A DNA stretch of 32,000 nt from Opitutia bacterium KCR 482 (GCA_029269845.2 CP149973.1:1620001-1652000); one strand, 5' to 3'; shown: positions 1-8,647, counted from the stretch's first letter. Translations and numbers: made by a program. Notes: generated by a model not told the origin, from the sequence alone.

Positions 1-1509
1 GACGAGGAGTATTTCGAAAAATACACGCCGTCGGAAATCTCGCGGCTCGACATCTCGCAGATTCTGCTCTGGCTTTCGGCGGCGGGCGTCTCGCTCGACT
101 CCCTCGACCTCTTCGAAAAACCGCCGACGGAGTCGCTAATCCGCGCGGCGGCGACGCTCAAAACACTCGGCGCAACCGACTCGCTCGGGCGCATTACAAA
201 GCTCGGCCGCGACATGGCGTCGTTCCCGACCGAGCCGCGCTACGCAAAGCTTTTGATTGACGGCGCGCGCTCGAACTGCCTGCGCAAAACCGCGCTCATC
301 GCGGCTCTTACGGACGTCGGGCGCGTGAAGATTCAGCTTTCCGACGCGTTCGCCGAGGCGGAGCGCGACGCGCTTGTGGGCGACGCAAAAAGCGAGCCCG
401 AGGAAAACGCGCGGCTTTGCGAAATCGCAAAGGAAAACTCCTTTGCGGAGGATTTTTGCAGGCGGCTCGGAATCCACTCCGCGAACGCCCGCAAGGCTTT
501 TTACGTGGCCTCCGACTTGGCGCGGCTCGCCCGCAGGTTCGAAAATCCCGACGGCGCGGGCGATTTCGAAATCGCCAAATGCGTGCTCGGCGCGTTCTCC
601 GACATGGTTGGCGTGCGCCTCAACAAGGGCACTCTCGCGTGCAGGTTTTCGGGCGGCAGGCGAGGCGAAATTTGCAGGGAAAGCCGCGCGTACGCCTCCG
701 ACGTGTTCGTCGCCCTCGACATGAGCGAGCGCAACGTCGCGGGGGGAGTTTCGATAATGGCGTCGTCTGTCGTGCCGGTTTCGCGCGGGCTTCTCGCCGA
801 GCTTTTCCCCGACGATTTTTCCGAGACTGTGGAAACGAAATTCGACGAAATCCACAAGCGCGTGGTGTCGTCGTCTTCCGTGAAATTTCGCGACTTGGTT
901 TTGTCGGAATCGTCGTGCGGGCGCGTCGACGCGGACGCCGCGGCGAAGATTCTGCGCGGGGAAATAGAGTCGGGGCGTCTGCGCCTCAAAAACATGGACG
1001 AGGGCGCGGAGGAGTTCATTGAGCGCGTGAATTTTGCGGCGGCGGTCTGCCCCGAAAGCGGAATCGCGCCGATAGACGACGCGGCGAAGTCGGAGATAAT
1101 TTTGCAGATGTGCTGCGGGCTTACGTCCTACGCGGAGGTCAAAAACGCCGACGTCCACGCCGCCCTGCGCGACTGGCTTTCGGCGGGACAGCTTGCGCTG
1201 CTGAAATACCTCGTCCCGAAGACCGTCGAATTTCCGCGCAGAAAAAGGCCGTGCCAGATACGCTACGACGCGTCCGCGCGCCGCGCGACGGTGTCGTCGT
1301 TTTTCAGGGATTTCTTCGATTTCGACCCCAAGAAAATCAAAATCTGCGACGGCAAAATAAAGCCCACTTTCGAGCTTCTCGCACCGAGCGGGCGTCCAGT
1401 GCAGACTACGCAGAACTTGGAGGAGTTTTGGCAGACTTCGTGGGCTGCCGTCAAAAAGGAGCTGAAAGCCCGCTACCCCAAGCATTTTAAGCCCGACGAC
1501 CCCCACTGA
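1..1509 (+). CDS. hrpB: ATP-dependent DEAH-box helicase HrpB, C-terminal part (5' end outside the window)
   Basis: Frame +1 is open from base 1 into the listed ORF 214..1509, with no stop in 1-213. The translation ...SEISRLDISQILLWL...LFEKPP...LKTLGATDSLGRITKLGRDMASFPTEPRYAKLL is the helicase-associated HA2 signature of HrpA/HrpB helicases. A long HrpB-type C-terminal domain follows. Stop is TGA at 1507-1509. Confidence 0.85.
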   Translation, partial: DEEYFEKYTPSEISRLDISQILLWLSAAGVSLDSLDLFEKPPTESLIRAAATLKTLGATDSLGRITKLGRDMASFPTEPRYAKLLIDGARSNCLRKTALIAALTDVGRVKIQLSDAFAEAERDALVGDAKSEPEENARLCEIAKENSFAEDFCRRLGIHSANARKAFYVASDLARLARRFENPDGAGDFEIAKCVLGAFSDMVGVRLNKGTLACRFSGGRRGEICRESRAYASDVFVALDMSERNVAGGVSIMASSVVPVSRGLLAELFPDDFSETVETKFDEIHKRVVSSSSVKFRDLVLSESSCGRVDADAAAKILRGEIESGRLRLKNMDEGAEEFIERVNFAAAVCPESGIAPIDDAAKSEIILQMCCGLTSYAEVKNADVHAALRDWLSAGQLALLKYLVPKTVEFPRRKRPCQIRYDASARRATVSSFFRDFFDFDPKKIKICDGKIKPTFELLAPSGRPVQTTQNLEEFWQTSWAAVKKELKARYPKHFKPDDPH

Positions 1510-1557
1510 GCATTTCGGCGCATGCGGGTTTCCGCCAAAATTTCGGCGCGGAATGGG

Positions 1558-2883
1558 CTACGAGAGCGCGACAAACAGGCACATGACCACGAATATCAGC
1601 CACGTGGTTCTGCGTATTTCCCCTGCGCGTTTTTTCGCCACAAGAATGAGCGTGTAGGCTATGATTCCGAACGCGAAGCCCTCCGAAATTTTAAAGGTCA
1701 ACGCCATTATCATCATGCAAAAAAACGTGGGGATAACTTCGTCGAGGTCGTCGAATTTCAGGTCTTTTAGCCCCTGCATCATCATGATTCCAACGAGCAC
1801 GAGCGCGGGGGCGGTCGCCGCGGCGGGGATTGCGTTTATGAGCGGCGATATGAACAGCGAAAGCAGGAAGAGCGCGGCTACGACAAGCGGCACAATTCCC
1901 GTGCGCCCGCCCGCCTCTATGCCCGCGGCGGACTCGACATACGCGCCCGTCGTGGAAGTTCCCAGCATCGCGCCGCCGATTGTCGCGGTTGCGTCGGCTA
2001 CGAGCGCGCGCCCTATGTTTTTCATATGCCCGTCCTCCGACATCATTCCGGAGCGGCGTCCCAGCGCGACGACCGTCGCGATTGTGTCGAAGAGGTCGAG
2101 GAAAAGCAGCATGAGGATTACGGGCATTGCGCGGCGGAAGTCGCGGAACGGATACGCCCAGTCGAGCTGCATGAAAGTTTCGGAAATTCCGTGCGGGAGC
2201 GAGAATATTGCGTCGGGAATCTGCGCCATTTTGCGCCCCTGCGAGTCCGTCGCAAAGAACGCCACAAGCGTCATGAGCGCGATTGTAGAGATTATCGCGG
2301 GTCTGAATTTTTTGCATGTAAGAATCGAAACCAGCGCGATTCCGCAGAGCGCGAAAAGGCATTCGGGAGAGGTGATGTCTCCCGCCGTCACAAGCGTGTT
2401 CGGGTTGCCAACTATTATTCCCGCGCTTTTCAGCCCGAAGAACGCGATGAACATTCCTATCCCAGCCTGCAAGCCTATTTGAAGCGCGCGTGGAACGCCC
2501 GCTATGATTTTCTCGCGCACGCCCGTAATCGAAATCAGCAGGAAGAAAAGCCCGTTGTAGAACACGAGCGCGAGGGCCTCGCGCCAGTCCATTCCCATTC
2601 CAACGCAAACGAGAACCGCAAAATACGTGTTCGAGCCCATCGCGGGGGCTACTGCGATTGGCATGTTTGTGAGCAGCGCCATCACGACGCAGCCGAATGC
2701 GGTCGCGAGCGCGGTCACCGTGACGAGCGCCGCCTTGTCCATGCCCGCAAGACCGAGAATCGCGGGGTTTACCGCGAGTATGTACGACATCGTCGCGAAT
2801 GTCGTAAAGCCCGCCGCGATTTCGCGCGGAAGCGTCGTTTTGCGGTCGCGGAGTTTGAAGAATTTTTCGGCAGGGGTTGTCAT
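1558..2883 (-). CDS. NCS2-family purine (adenine/guanine/hypoxanthine) permease
   Basis: This lies in ORF 1558..2997. The conserved part starts at [40 protein letters not shown]..., an AzgA/PbuG-like N-terminus, and the protein is hydrophobic and multi-TM throughout. The ATG at 2883-2881 overlaps the comM stop as ATGA. The 38 codons upstream are Arg/Pro-rich and lie inside comM. Confidence 0.88.
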   Translation of the reverse strand: MTTPAEKFFKLRDRKTTLPREIAAGFTTFATMSYILAVNPAILGLAGMDKAALVTVTALATAFGCVVMALLTNMPIAVAPAMGSNTYFAVLVCVGMGMDWREALALVFYNGLFFLLISITGVREKIIAGVPRALQIGLQAGIGMFIAFFGLKSAGIIVGNPNTLVTAGDITSPECLFALCGIALVSILTCKKFRPAIISTIALMTLVAFFATDSQGRKMAQIPDAIFSLPHGISETFMQLDWAYPFRDFRRAMPVILMLLFLDLFDTIATVVALGRRSGMMSEDGHMKNIGRALVADATATIGGAMLGTSTTGAYVESAAGIEAGGRTGIVPLVVAALFLLSLFISPLINAIPAAATAPALVLVGIMMMQGLKDLKFDDLDEVIPTFFCMMIMALTFKISEGFAFGIIAYTLILVAKKRAGEIRRTTWLIFVVMCLFVALS

Positions 2884-4415
2884 GCGGTTCTGTCGAGGGA
2901 GCGGTAGTTGATTGCCTCGAAAAGGTGGTGGGTTTGGATTTTTTCGGACGAGTCGAGGTCGGCGATTGTGCGCGAGACTTTCAGTATTCTGTCCCACGCC
3001 CTCGCCGACAGGTTAAGCTCTTCCATTGCCGCCGAGAGAATCGACGCCTGTTCGTCGTCGAGGGCGCAGTATTTGCGAATGTCGGCGGCGTCCATCGACG
3101 CGTTGATTTTCGACGGCCTGCGGCTTCCCGCAAAACGCTCCGCCTGAATCCTCCGCGCCGCCGCGACCCTCTTGCGGATTTCCGCCGACGGCTCTCCCTC
3201 GCCCTTCGAGCGTAGCTCGTCTACGGGCAGGGCGGACGCCTCAACGTGAATGTCGATTCTGTCGAGCAGCGGGCCCGAGAGCCTTGCGCGGTAGTCCTGA
3301 ATTTGGCGCGGCGAGCACCTGCACTTGTGGCGCGGGTCGCCGAGGTATCCGCATTTGCACGGGTTCATCGCCGCAACGAGCATGAATTTGCACGGGAGCG
3401 TGGTTTTGCCCGCCGCGCGGGAAATCGTGATTTTCCCGTCCTCGATGGGCTGGCGGAGGTTGTCGAGAATGCTCCCGAATTCGGGAAGCTCATCGAGAAA
3501 CAGCACCCCGTTGTGCGCAAGCGAGACCTCCCCAGGCTTCGGGTTTGGCCCGCCGCCCGCAAGCCCGACGCGGCTTATCGTGTGGTGCGGGGCGCGGAAC
3601 GGACGCCGGAAGCACTTGTTTTCGCCCGACTGCGTAAGCCCCGCCGCCGAGTATATTCCGAGGATTTCGAGAAATTCTTCGAGCGTCGGCGCGGGCATGA
3701 TTGACGGAATCCGCTTTGCTATCATGCTCTTCCCCGAACCGGGAGGGCCGACCATCAGAATGTTGTGCCCGCCTGCGACGGCGACTTCCACGGCGCGGCG
3801 CACAGCCTGCTGTCCCTTGACGTCGCGGAAGTCGGGCATGGCGGAGTCGTCAAATTCGCGGCGGAACGGAGAGTCCTCCGCGCGGACGGGTTTGAGTTGG
3901 GCGTTGCCGTTGAGGAAATCGACAAGCTCGCGCAGGTTCTTCGCCGTGTAGACTTCTATTCCCTCCACGAGCGCGGCCTCCGCGGCGGAGTCGGGCGGAA
4001 GAATCACGCCGCGCATTTTCTTCGACCTTGCCAAAAGCGCGAGCGACACCCCGCCGCAAATCGCGCGGAGGTCTCCCGAAAGGCTAAGCTCTCCCGCGAC
4101 GACGAACTCGCGCAGCTTTGCGTCGTCCACAACCCCCGTGGAGGCGAGGATTCCCAGCGAAATCGGGAGGTCGTAAATGGGACCCTCCTTTTTGATGTCC
4201 CCCGGCGCGAGGTTTACCGTCATCTTCGTCATGGGCATCGCAAAACCGCTGTTTGCCATCGCCGACGAAACCCTGTTTACCGACTCCTTTACGGCGGCGT
4301 CGGGCAGCCCCACCACGAACGTTCGCGGCTCTCCGCGCTCGCCCGAATTTACTTCGACCTCCACGGGCAGAGCCTCCACCCCTATCAACGCGCCTGAATT
4401 TACTTTGGAAAGCAT
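2880..4415 (-). CDS. comM: YifB/ComM-family Mg-chelatase-like AAA+ ATPase
   Basis: 511 aa. N-terminus [22 protein letters not shown]..., Lon-like N domain, Walker [18 protein letters not shown] (Walker B) and a C-terminal Mg-chelatase subunit ChlI-like region. ATG verified at 4415-4413. Confidence 0.93.
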   Translation of the reverse strand: MLSKVNSGALIGVEALPVEVEVNSGERGEPRTFVVGLPDAAVKESVNRVSSAMANSGFAMPMTKMTVNLAPGDIKKEGPIYDLPISLGILASTGVVDDAKLREFVVAGELSLSGDLRAICGGVSLALLARSKKMRGVILPPDSAAEAALVEGIEVYTAKNLRELVDFLNGNAQLKPVRAEDSPFRREFDDSAMPDFRDVKGQQAVRRAVEVAVAGGHNILMVGPPGSGKSMIAKRIPSIMPAPTLEEFLEILGIYSAAGLTQSGENKCFRRPFRAPHHTISRVGLAGGGPNPKPGEVSLAHNGVLFLDELPEFGSILDNLRQPIEDGKITISRAAGKTTLPCKFMLVAAMNPCKCGYLGDPRHKCRCSPRQIQDYRARLSGPLLDRIDIHVEASALPVDELRSKGEGEPSAEIRKRVAAARRIQAERFAGSRRPSKINASMDAADIRKYCALDDEQASILSAAMEELNLSARAWDRILKVSRTIADLDSSEKIQTHHLFEAINYRSLDRTA

Positions 4416-4504
4416 GTGAAAAAATTTATCCGCGTTATAATTTCAATATTTCGAATTGTCAATTTATACTTGAAAGCCGCCGCCGCGGGGGTAGTTTTGC
4501 GCGT

Positions 4505-5005
4505 ATGGATTCCGAATTGCAAAACGCAGCGCAAAGGCTTCTCGAAAAATGTACGCGGGCGGGCTTGACCGTCTGCGCGGCGGAGTCGTGCACGGGCGGT
4601 CTTGTTGCGTCGTCGATAGTTTCGGTGCCGCATGCGAGCGGGTTTTTTCTCGGCTCGTCGGTGGTCTACTGCGACGCCGCAAAGGAGAACGTGCTCGGCG
4701 TTCGCCGCGAAACCGTCGAAAAATATTTCGCCGAAAGCCCCCAGTGCGCCGACGAAATGGCGGAATGCGCCGCGCGCGCGTTCCGCGCCGACATCGCCGT
4801 TTCCGCGACGGGCTTTCTCGACTCCAACGTGGGCGGCAAGCCCGCGGCGCTCGCGGGGCGCGTGTTCATCTCGCTTTTCCTGCGCGGAGGCTTCGACAGG
4901 CTCGCGCTGTCGCTCGACGTTTCGCGCGGACGCGCCGAAAACCGAAAGGCGGCGGCTCTCTCCGCGCTCAATCTTATTCTGTCAAAATTGGACAAAATTT
5001 CATGA
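4505..5005 (+). CDS. pncC: CinA C-terminal-domain / nicotinamide-nucleotide amidohydrolase PncC-like protein
   Basis: The internal ATG at 4505 of ORF 4253..5005 gives MDSELQNAAQRLLEKCTRAGLTVCAAESCTGGLVASSIVSVPHASGFF.GSSVVY. The AESCTGG motif is diagnostic of the CinA/PncC deamidase domain. The upstream part of the ORF is Pro/Arg-rich and overlaps the comM start region. Confidence 0.85.
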   Translation: MDSELQNAAQRLLEKCTRAGLTVCAAESCTGGLVASSIVSVPHASGFFLGSSVVYCDAAKENVLGVRRETVEKYFAESPQCADEMAECAARAFRADIAVSATGFLDSNVGGKPAALAGRVFISLFLRGGFDRLALSLDVSRGRAENRKAAALSALNLILSKLDKIS

Positions 5006-6765
5006 AGTATATCATATCGTTTCTCGGCAGCCTTGCGGCGAACCTGCTTTCGCTTGCGGTTTTCTTTCTGATTGTGCCCGCGTTTGCGGTCGCGGCGATT
5101 TTCGCGTTTTTGATGGCGCAGCTCGGTCTTGCGCCGTCGGGAACTTTCGACAACGCGGCGATTGTCCTCAACCTCTCCGACTCCGTGTGCGAGTTTGCGC
5201 CGCCCACCGACGCGCTCTCGAACCTCAAACGCGGCGGGGCGGCGTCGAGCGTGCTTTCCATTTGCTCAAAAATAGAGGCTGCGGCGCGGGACGACTCGAA
5301 TAAGCTGGTTTTCATTTCGGGTTCTTTCGACTGTGCCGCCGAGGACGTCTCATACGCGCAGATTGCCGAGCTTCGCGCGGCTTTGCGCAAGTACGCGGAG
5401 TCGGGCAAGGAGGTTGTCGCGTACCTCGAAAATCCGTCCACGCGCGACTATTTCCTCGCAAGCGCGGCGACCACCGTCTTCCTCAACCCGTTCTCCGAAC
5501 TCGAATTCAAGGGCTTGGGCGGCAACGCGGCGTTCTTCGGCAACGCGCTGAAAAAATACGGCGTCGAAGTCGAGGTCGTGAAAGTCGGCGCGCTCAAAAG
5601 CTTCGGCGAAATGTTCACCTCCGACAAAATGTCCGAACCCGTGCGCGAAAACTACGCGGGGCTTCTCGATTCCGTGTGGAATTCCGTCCTCGAAAGCGTC
5701 GCAAAATCGCGCAAGATTTCCGCCGCCGCGCTTGCTGGCGTCGCCGAAAAAAAGGCGGTGCTCTCCGCCGCCGACGCGCTGGCGGCGCGGCTTGTGGACA
5801 GGCTCGCATACCGCGACGAAGTTATAGACTACATTTCCGAAAAAGTAGGCGCGGACGGGGTTTCGTTCGCCCAGATTTCCGTTGCGGACTACGAATTCCC
5901 CGAGTGCGGCCCCGATTGCGGCGGCGTTGTGGCGGTAGTATATCTTAACGGCGAAATCTCCGCCGCAAAACCCGCAAACGACATCGTGGACGCCGCGACG
6001 TACTGCGTGCTCTTGCGCGAATTGCGCTTCGACGAAAACGTCAAGGCGGTGGTTTTGCGCGTCAACAGCGGCGGCGGCTCGGCCTACGAGTCGGAATCAA
6101 TCAGGCGCGAGGTCGAACTGCTCGCAAAGGCCAAGCCCGTTGTGGCGTCGTTCGGCGGAATTTCCGCAAGCGGCGCGTACTGGATTTCCACCGCCGCAAA
6201 CAAAATCTACGCCGACGCCGAAAGCATTACGGGGTCCATCGGCGTGTTTTCGCTTTTGTTCTCCGCCGAGAAACTCGCGGCGGATTTCGGCATAACCTTC
6301 GACGGCGCAAAAACCGCGCCCATGTCGGACATCGGAACGTTCTCGCGCCGCCCGACCAACGCGGAAATTGCGCGGATACGCGCGGCGACCGACACGGTCT
6401 ATTCGAAATTCGTATCGCTCGTTTCGTCGTCGAGGAAAATCCCGCGCGATGCCGTTTTGAAGCTCGCCGACGGCCGCGTGTTTTCGGGAGCGGCGGCGAA
6501 AAAATTGAAGCTTCTGGACGAAATCGGCGGACTTTCCGAAGCCGTCGAATACGCAAAAAAGGCGTCGAAATGCGAAAGCGCGTGCGTGGCGGAATGCCCG
6601 CAGCGCGACGCCGTGCGCGATTTGCTCGACATGGTTTCGGAGGGCGGCGCGCCGTTCGCAAAATCCGTGCCGATAAAAACGCTTGAAAGATTTAAAAAGC
6701 TGGCGGAAACAAAACGCCGCTCCGCCGTCTACACAAGGATCCCCCTCGATTTCCACATCAGATAA
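5002..6765 (+). CDS. sppA: signal peptide peptidase SppA, 67K (two-domain) type
   Basis: The internal ATG at 5002 overlaps the pncC stop as ATGA and gives MKYIISFLGSLAANLLSLAVFFLIVPAFAV, an N-terminal TM anchor. Two S49 peptidase halves follow (..VVAVVYLNGEI..; ..VKAVVLRVNSGGGSAYESE..ISASGAYWISTAANKIYA..). Confidence 0.9.
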   Translation: MKYIISFLGSLAANLLSLAVFFLIVPAFAVAAIFAFLMAQLGLAPSGTFDNAAIVLNLSDSVCEFAPPTDALSNLKRGGAASSVLSICSKIEAAARDDSNKLVFISGSFDCAAEDVSYAQIAELRAALRKYAESGKEVVAYLENPSTRDYFLASAATTVFLNPFSELEFKGLGGNAAFFGNALKKYGVEVEVVKVGALKSFGEMFTSDKMSEPVRENYAGLLDSVWNSVLESVAKSRKISAAALAGVAEKKAVLSAADALAARLVDRLAYRDEVIDYISEKVGADGVSFAQISVADYEFPECGPDCGGVVAVVYLNGEISAAKPANDIVDAATYCVLLRELRFDENVKAVVLRVNSGGGSAYESESIRREVELLAKAKPVVASFGGISASGAYWISTAANKIYADAESITGSIGVFSLLFSAEKLAADFGITFDGAKTAPMSDIGTFSRRPTNAEIARIRAATDTVYSKFVSLVSSSRKIPRDAVLKLADGRVFSGAAAKKLKLLDEIGGLSEAVEYAKKASKCESACVAECPQRDAVRDLLDMVSEGGAPFAKSVPIKTLERFKKLAETKRRSAVYTRIPLDFHIR

Positions 6766-6769
6766 CACG

Positions 6770-7055
6770 GCGCGAGACGGCGCGTGAAAGCACTTCCCTA
6801 AGGGCGTTTCCCTGTGCCCGCAGACCGCTCGCGTACGAAAGTACGCCACGCACACGGGGCGTGAAAGCACCAGTCTAAGGGCGTTTCACGCGCGTCCCAG
6901 ACCGCTTACATACGCCAAGTATGCTACGCGCCCTGTGCCGCGCGTAAAGCCGCCCTTATACAGGCACTTTGACGCCCCTAAAATTACACGGCGGGAAAGC
7001 CACCGTCTGAACGGCACTCTAACGCGCCTAATATTACAGCGCACGGCGCAGAAGA
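6770..7055. repeat. four degenerate tandem repeat units (about 77, 83, 49 and 50 bp), each able to form a GAAAGC...GC(N)TTTC hairpin
   Basis: Units start at 6782 (gcgtgaaagcac), 6859 (gcgtgaaagcac), 6942 (gcgtaaagccgc) and 6991 (gcgggaaagcca). Units 1 and 2 share gcgtgaaagcac, ctaagggcgtttc and cagaccgct. Units 3 and 4 share aaagcc..cc..ggcact.t.acgc.cctaa.attaca. Unit 2 forms gcgtgaaa-N17-tttcacgc. A second hairpin is gcgtac-gaaa-gtacgc in unit 1 and catac-gccaa-gtatg in unit 2. Confidence 0.7.
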
Positions 7056-7112
7056 TTTTTAAAATGCGCTGGGATAAAAGTGGAGCTAATCAGTTAGCGG
7101 AGAATCCATGTT

Positions 7113-7134
7113 AGCGGATTTCCGCTTTTTGTTT
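7113..7134 (+). terminator. small intrinsic terminator candidate ending the repeat-containing transcript
   Basis: agcgg-attt-ccgct (5-bp stem) followed by TTTTTGTTT. It lies 350 nt after the sppA stop with no plus-strand CDS in between. Confidence 0.45.
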
Positions 7135-7200
7135 ATCCGCGCAACGCGCGTCTATTTTATATATATTTCTTGCAAACGTTCGACAATCCCAACGCCAGTA

Positions 7201-7404
7201 ATTGGCGAAGCCAATACGGACTAATAGAGGAAAGCGGCAAGTAATTTGCCGCGCATTACCACAGAAAGGAACGAAGTTCCGTAGGGAGGCGCACCTTGCG
7301 CCCGAGTGGCGCGGCTCGCGTCGGGGGAGTGGGTGGAGAATTTCGCAACGCGAAATCCACCCCTGGGGGCGCAAGCCCCCAAGTTTCGAGTGGCGCGGCT
7401 CGCG
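7201..7404. ncRNA. candidate structured RNA or repeat element, family and strand unknown
   Basis: A chain of short hairpins: attggc-gaa-gccaat (7201-7215), gcggcaa-gtaat-ttgccgc (7234-7252), ggaac-gaa-gttcc (7268-7280), ggcgc-acctt-gcgcc (7288-7302), gggtgg..atttcgc-aac-gcgaaat-ccaccc (7331-7362) and gggggc-gcaa-gccccc (7365-7380). The 17-bp direct repeat gagtggcgcggctcgcg occurs at 7304-7320 and 7388-7404. Confidence 0.3.
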
Positions 7405-7406
7405 CC

Positions 7407-7688
7407 CTAGGAGAGGAGTTCGAGGGCTTCGCGGCCAGTCATGCCTACTGCGACGCCTTTGGCTTGGGCGGCTTTTGAGACGGCGACGACATTTTTTGCG
7501 AACATGTCGTCGTAGGAGTTCACGCCGGTGACGATTGCGAGGGCGTCGCCGAGTTTGTCGGCGGTTTCGACCTTGACGTATCCGCAGGCGAGCATGCCGT
7601 TTGCGGCGGTTATCGCAAGAAGCGAGGCGTTTGTGGTGGGGATAGTGTAGCCTTTGTATGTTTTTCTGTTGAATGTGATTTCGTCCAT
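7407..7688 (-). CDS. DUF1805 (YunC-like) domain protein
   Basis: The internal ATG at 7688 of ORF 7407..7778 gives a 93-aa protein, MDEITFNRKTYKGYTIPTTNASLLAITAANGMLACGYVKVETADKLGDALAIVTGVNSYDDM... This matches the small YunC/DUF1805 family pattern. Confidence 0.75.
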   Translation of the reverse strand: MDEITFNRKTYKGYTIPTTNASLLAITAANGMLACGYVKVETADKLGDALAIVTGVNSYDDMFAKNVVAVSKAAQAKGVAVGMTGREALELLS

Positions 7689-7802
7689 AAAAAAATCGAT
7701 TCTGTCGACATTGAAGTATATTTTTCGCTCCGTGTGAAGAATAATAGTGTTGGAATTCGGGAAAAAACCTGTCAACATGCGGACAGGAAAATGGAAGGAA
7801 TC

Positions 7803-8345
7803 ATGAAAAGATTTTTAATATTCGCATTGGGCGTCGTTTTGTGTACCGCGTGCAATTCGACAACACGGAAGGAGGCTGCTAGGCAGCTGAGGGAGACCGC
7901 GGCGCAGCCGCTGGCGAACGAGGCGGCGGTCGCGAGGGCGGCGGAGGAGGCGTGCACGGTCTCCGAGCCGTTCAAGTCGGACCTTGCCGACACGACGTGG
8001 GTTCCCGTATTTTTGGCGGGGCAGGGCGAAGCCAAAATGCCGAAATCGGAAAACGAATTCGTCTACCTGCGCTTTGCGCCCGACCTCAAAGTCAGCGGAA
8101 TGTCGGGCAACAACCTGTTCGGCGGCAGCTTCGTAATAGGGCAGAACGGCTCGTTCGGGGCGGCGAACATGTTCTCGACGCGCCGCATGGGCCCGTACGG
8201 CGAGTACGAATATAAATTCATGCAGGCGCTTCAAAAGGCGGACAGAATCTCGATTTCGTCGGACGGCAAAAAGCTCAGGCTTATGCGCGACAAGGACGTT
8301 CTGCTCGATTTCAGGAAAATCCCCAACAACACAGTCAAACAATGA
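7803..8345 (+). CDS. META-domain (HslJ-like) secreted protein, probable lipoprotein
   Basis: ATG at 7803 is preceded by ggaagga. Signal peptide MKRFLIFALGVVLCTAC. META-domain pattern ...TTWVPVFLAG...YLRFAPDLKVSGMSGNNLFGGSF...STRRMGP..EYEYKFMQAL... Confidence 0.82.
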   Translation: MKRFLIFALGVVLCTACNSTTRKEAARQLRETAAQPLANEAAVARAAEEACTVSEPFKSDLADTTWVPVFLAGQGEAKMPKSENEFVYLRFAPDLKVSGMSGNNLFGGSFVIGQNGSFGAANMFSTRRMGPYGEYEYKFMQALQKADRISISSDGKKLRLMRDKDVLLDFRKIPNNTVKQ

Positions 8346-8647
8346 GTCCGAAAACGATTATAGTTTGGGCGGGGCTTCGCGTGAAGCCCGAAGCCGCGGA
8401 GGAGTTTAAGAGACGCGCGTTGGAGGTTGTGGAAAAAACGCGGCTTGAAGAAAAATGCCTGCGCTACGACCTTCTTCAAGACGCCACAAACCCCGCCACA
8501 TTCTACTTCTTCGAAGAGTACACCGACGACGAAGGCTACGCCGCGCACCGAGCAATGTCCTACATGCCGCCGTTCCGCGACTTCCGCGGCACGGTCGTCG
8601 AGGAATACCTCGGCATACGCGTGCTTGACGAAATAGCTTCGCACTAA
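8342..8647 (+). CDS. antibiotic-biosynthesis-monooxygenase (ABM) domain protein, YgiN-like
   Basis: 101 aa, IIVWAGLRVKPEAAEEFKRRALEVVEKTRLEEKCLRYDLLQDATNPATFYFFEEYTDDEGYAAHRAM.., a typical ferredoxin-like ABM fold sequence. The ATG overlaps the upstream stop as ATGA. Confidence 0.85.
   Translation: MSPKTIIVWAGLRVKPEAAEEFKRRALEVVEKTRLEEKCLRYDLLQDATNPATFYFFEEYTDDEGYAAHRAMSYMPPFRDFRGTVVEEYLGIRVLDEIASH

Noticed and set aside
136-1506. Long antisense or alternative-frame ORFs. Examples: 136..1506(-), 1661..2482(+), 8863..10125(-), 10029..10907(-), 11224..12123(+), 18869..20284(+), 19362..20561(-), 22237..23448(-), 24758..25552(+), 26527..27363(-), 29419..30264(-), 30099..31064(-).
   Set aside because: All overlap a frame with a clearly recognisable conserved protein. 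Their translations are Arg/Gly/Pro/Ala- or Ser-rich low-complexity strings, typical of shadow ORFs in GC-rich DNA. None has a convincing start context.
2884-2997. 38-codon N-terminal extension of the permease ORF ([25 protein letters not shown]...).
   Set aside because: It lies entirely inside the comM coding region and has an Arg/Pro-rich composition. The conserved permease N-terminus starts at the ATG that forms the ATGA overlap.
4253-5001. Upstream extensions of ORFs 4253..5005 (pncC) and 4549..6765 (sppA). Similarly 25849..26109 for the oxidoreductase, 23851..24114 for the small HMA-like protein and 10125..10178 for rpoZ.
   Set aside because: The extended parts overlap neighbouring genes or promoter regions and are Arg/Pro-rich or unconserved. 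In each case an internal start with an SD or an ATGA overlap gives the family-typical N-terminus.
6782-7055. Possible small or degenerate CRISPR array: repeated 33-bp gcgtgaaagcac...gcgtttc units with 45-50 bp between them.
   Set aside because: The 'spacers' are themselves homologous between units (cagaccgct..acg..), so this is tandem duplication of whole units. The repeats are only about 60-90 percent identical, the unit lengths vary (77/83/49 bp), and no cas genes are present in the window.
7060-7200. Replication origin: an AT-rich tattttatatatattt stretch plus ttatccgcg and gggataaaa DnaA-box-like words, with dnaN 8 kb away.
   Set aside because: The box-like words match TTATCCACA at only 6-7 of 9 positions. 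There is no cluster of boxes, dnaA is absent, and the dnaN upstream spacer (15561-15662) has no boxes either.
7108-7227. 39-codon ORF (MLADFRFLFIRATRVYFIYISCKRSTIPTPVIGEANTD) with GGAG 6-7 nt upstream.
   Set aside because: It runs through the terminator-like hairpin and the AT-rich tract. It uses A/T-ending codons (tta, ttt, ata, tat, att), unlike every confident gene here. It is probably a chance ORF in AT-rich DNA.
6766-7406. tmRNA (ssrA, because smpB is nearby), RNase P RNA, SRP RNA or 6S RNA in the 640-bp noncoding gap.
   Set aside because: There is no tRNA-like 3' end (..GGTTCGAATCC..CCA context) and no resume-codon/tag ORF for tmRNA. The string gaggaaagcgg only partially resembles the RNase P GAGGAAAGUCCGG core, and the ACAGAACCCGGCUUA-type element is absent. 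No SRP domain IV motif is present. A 6S RNA cannot be excluded by eye, but nothing specifically supports it.
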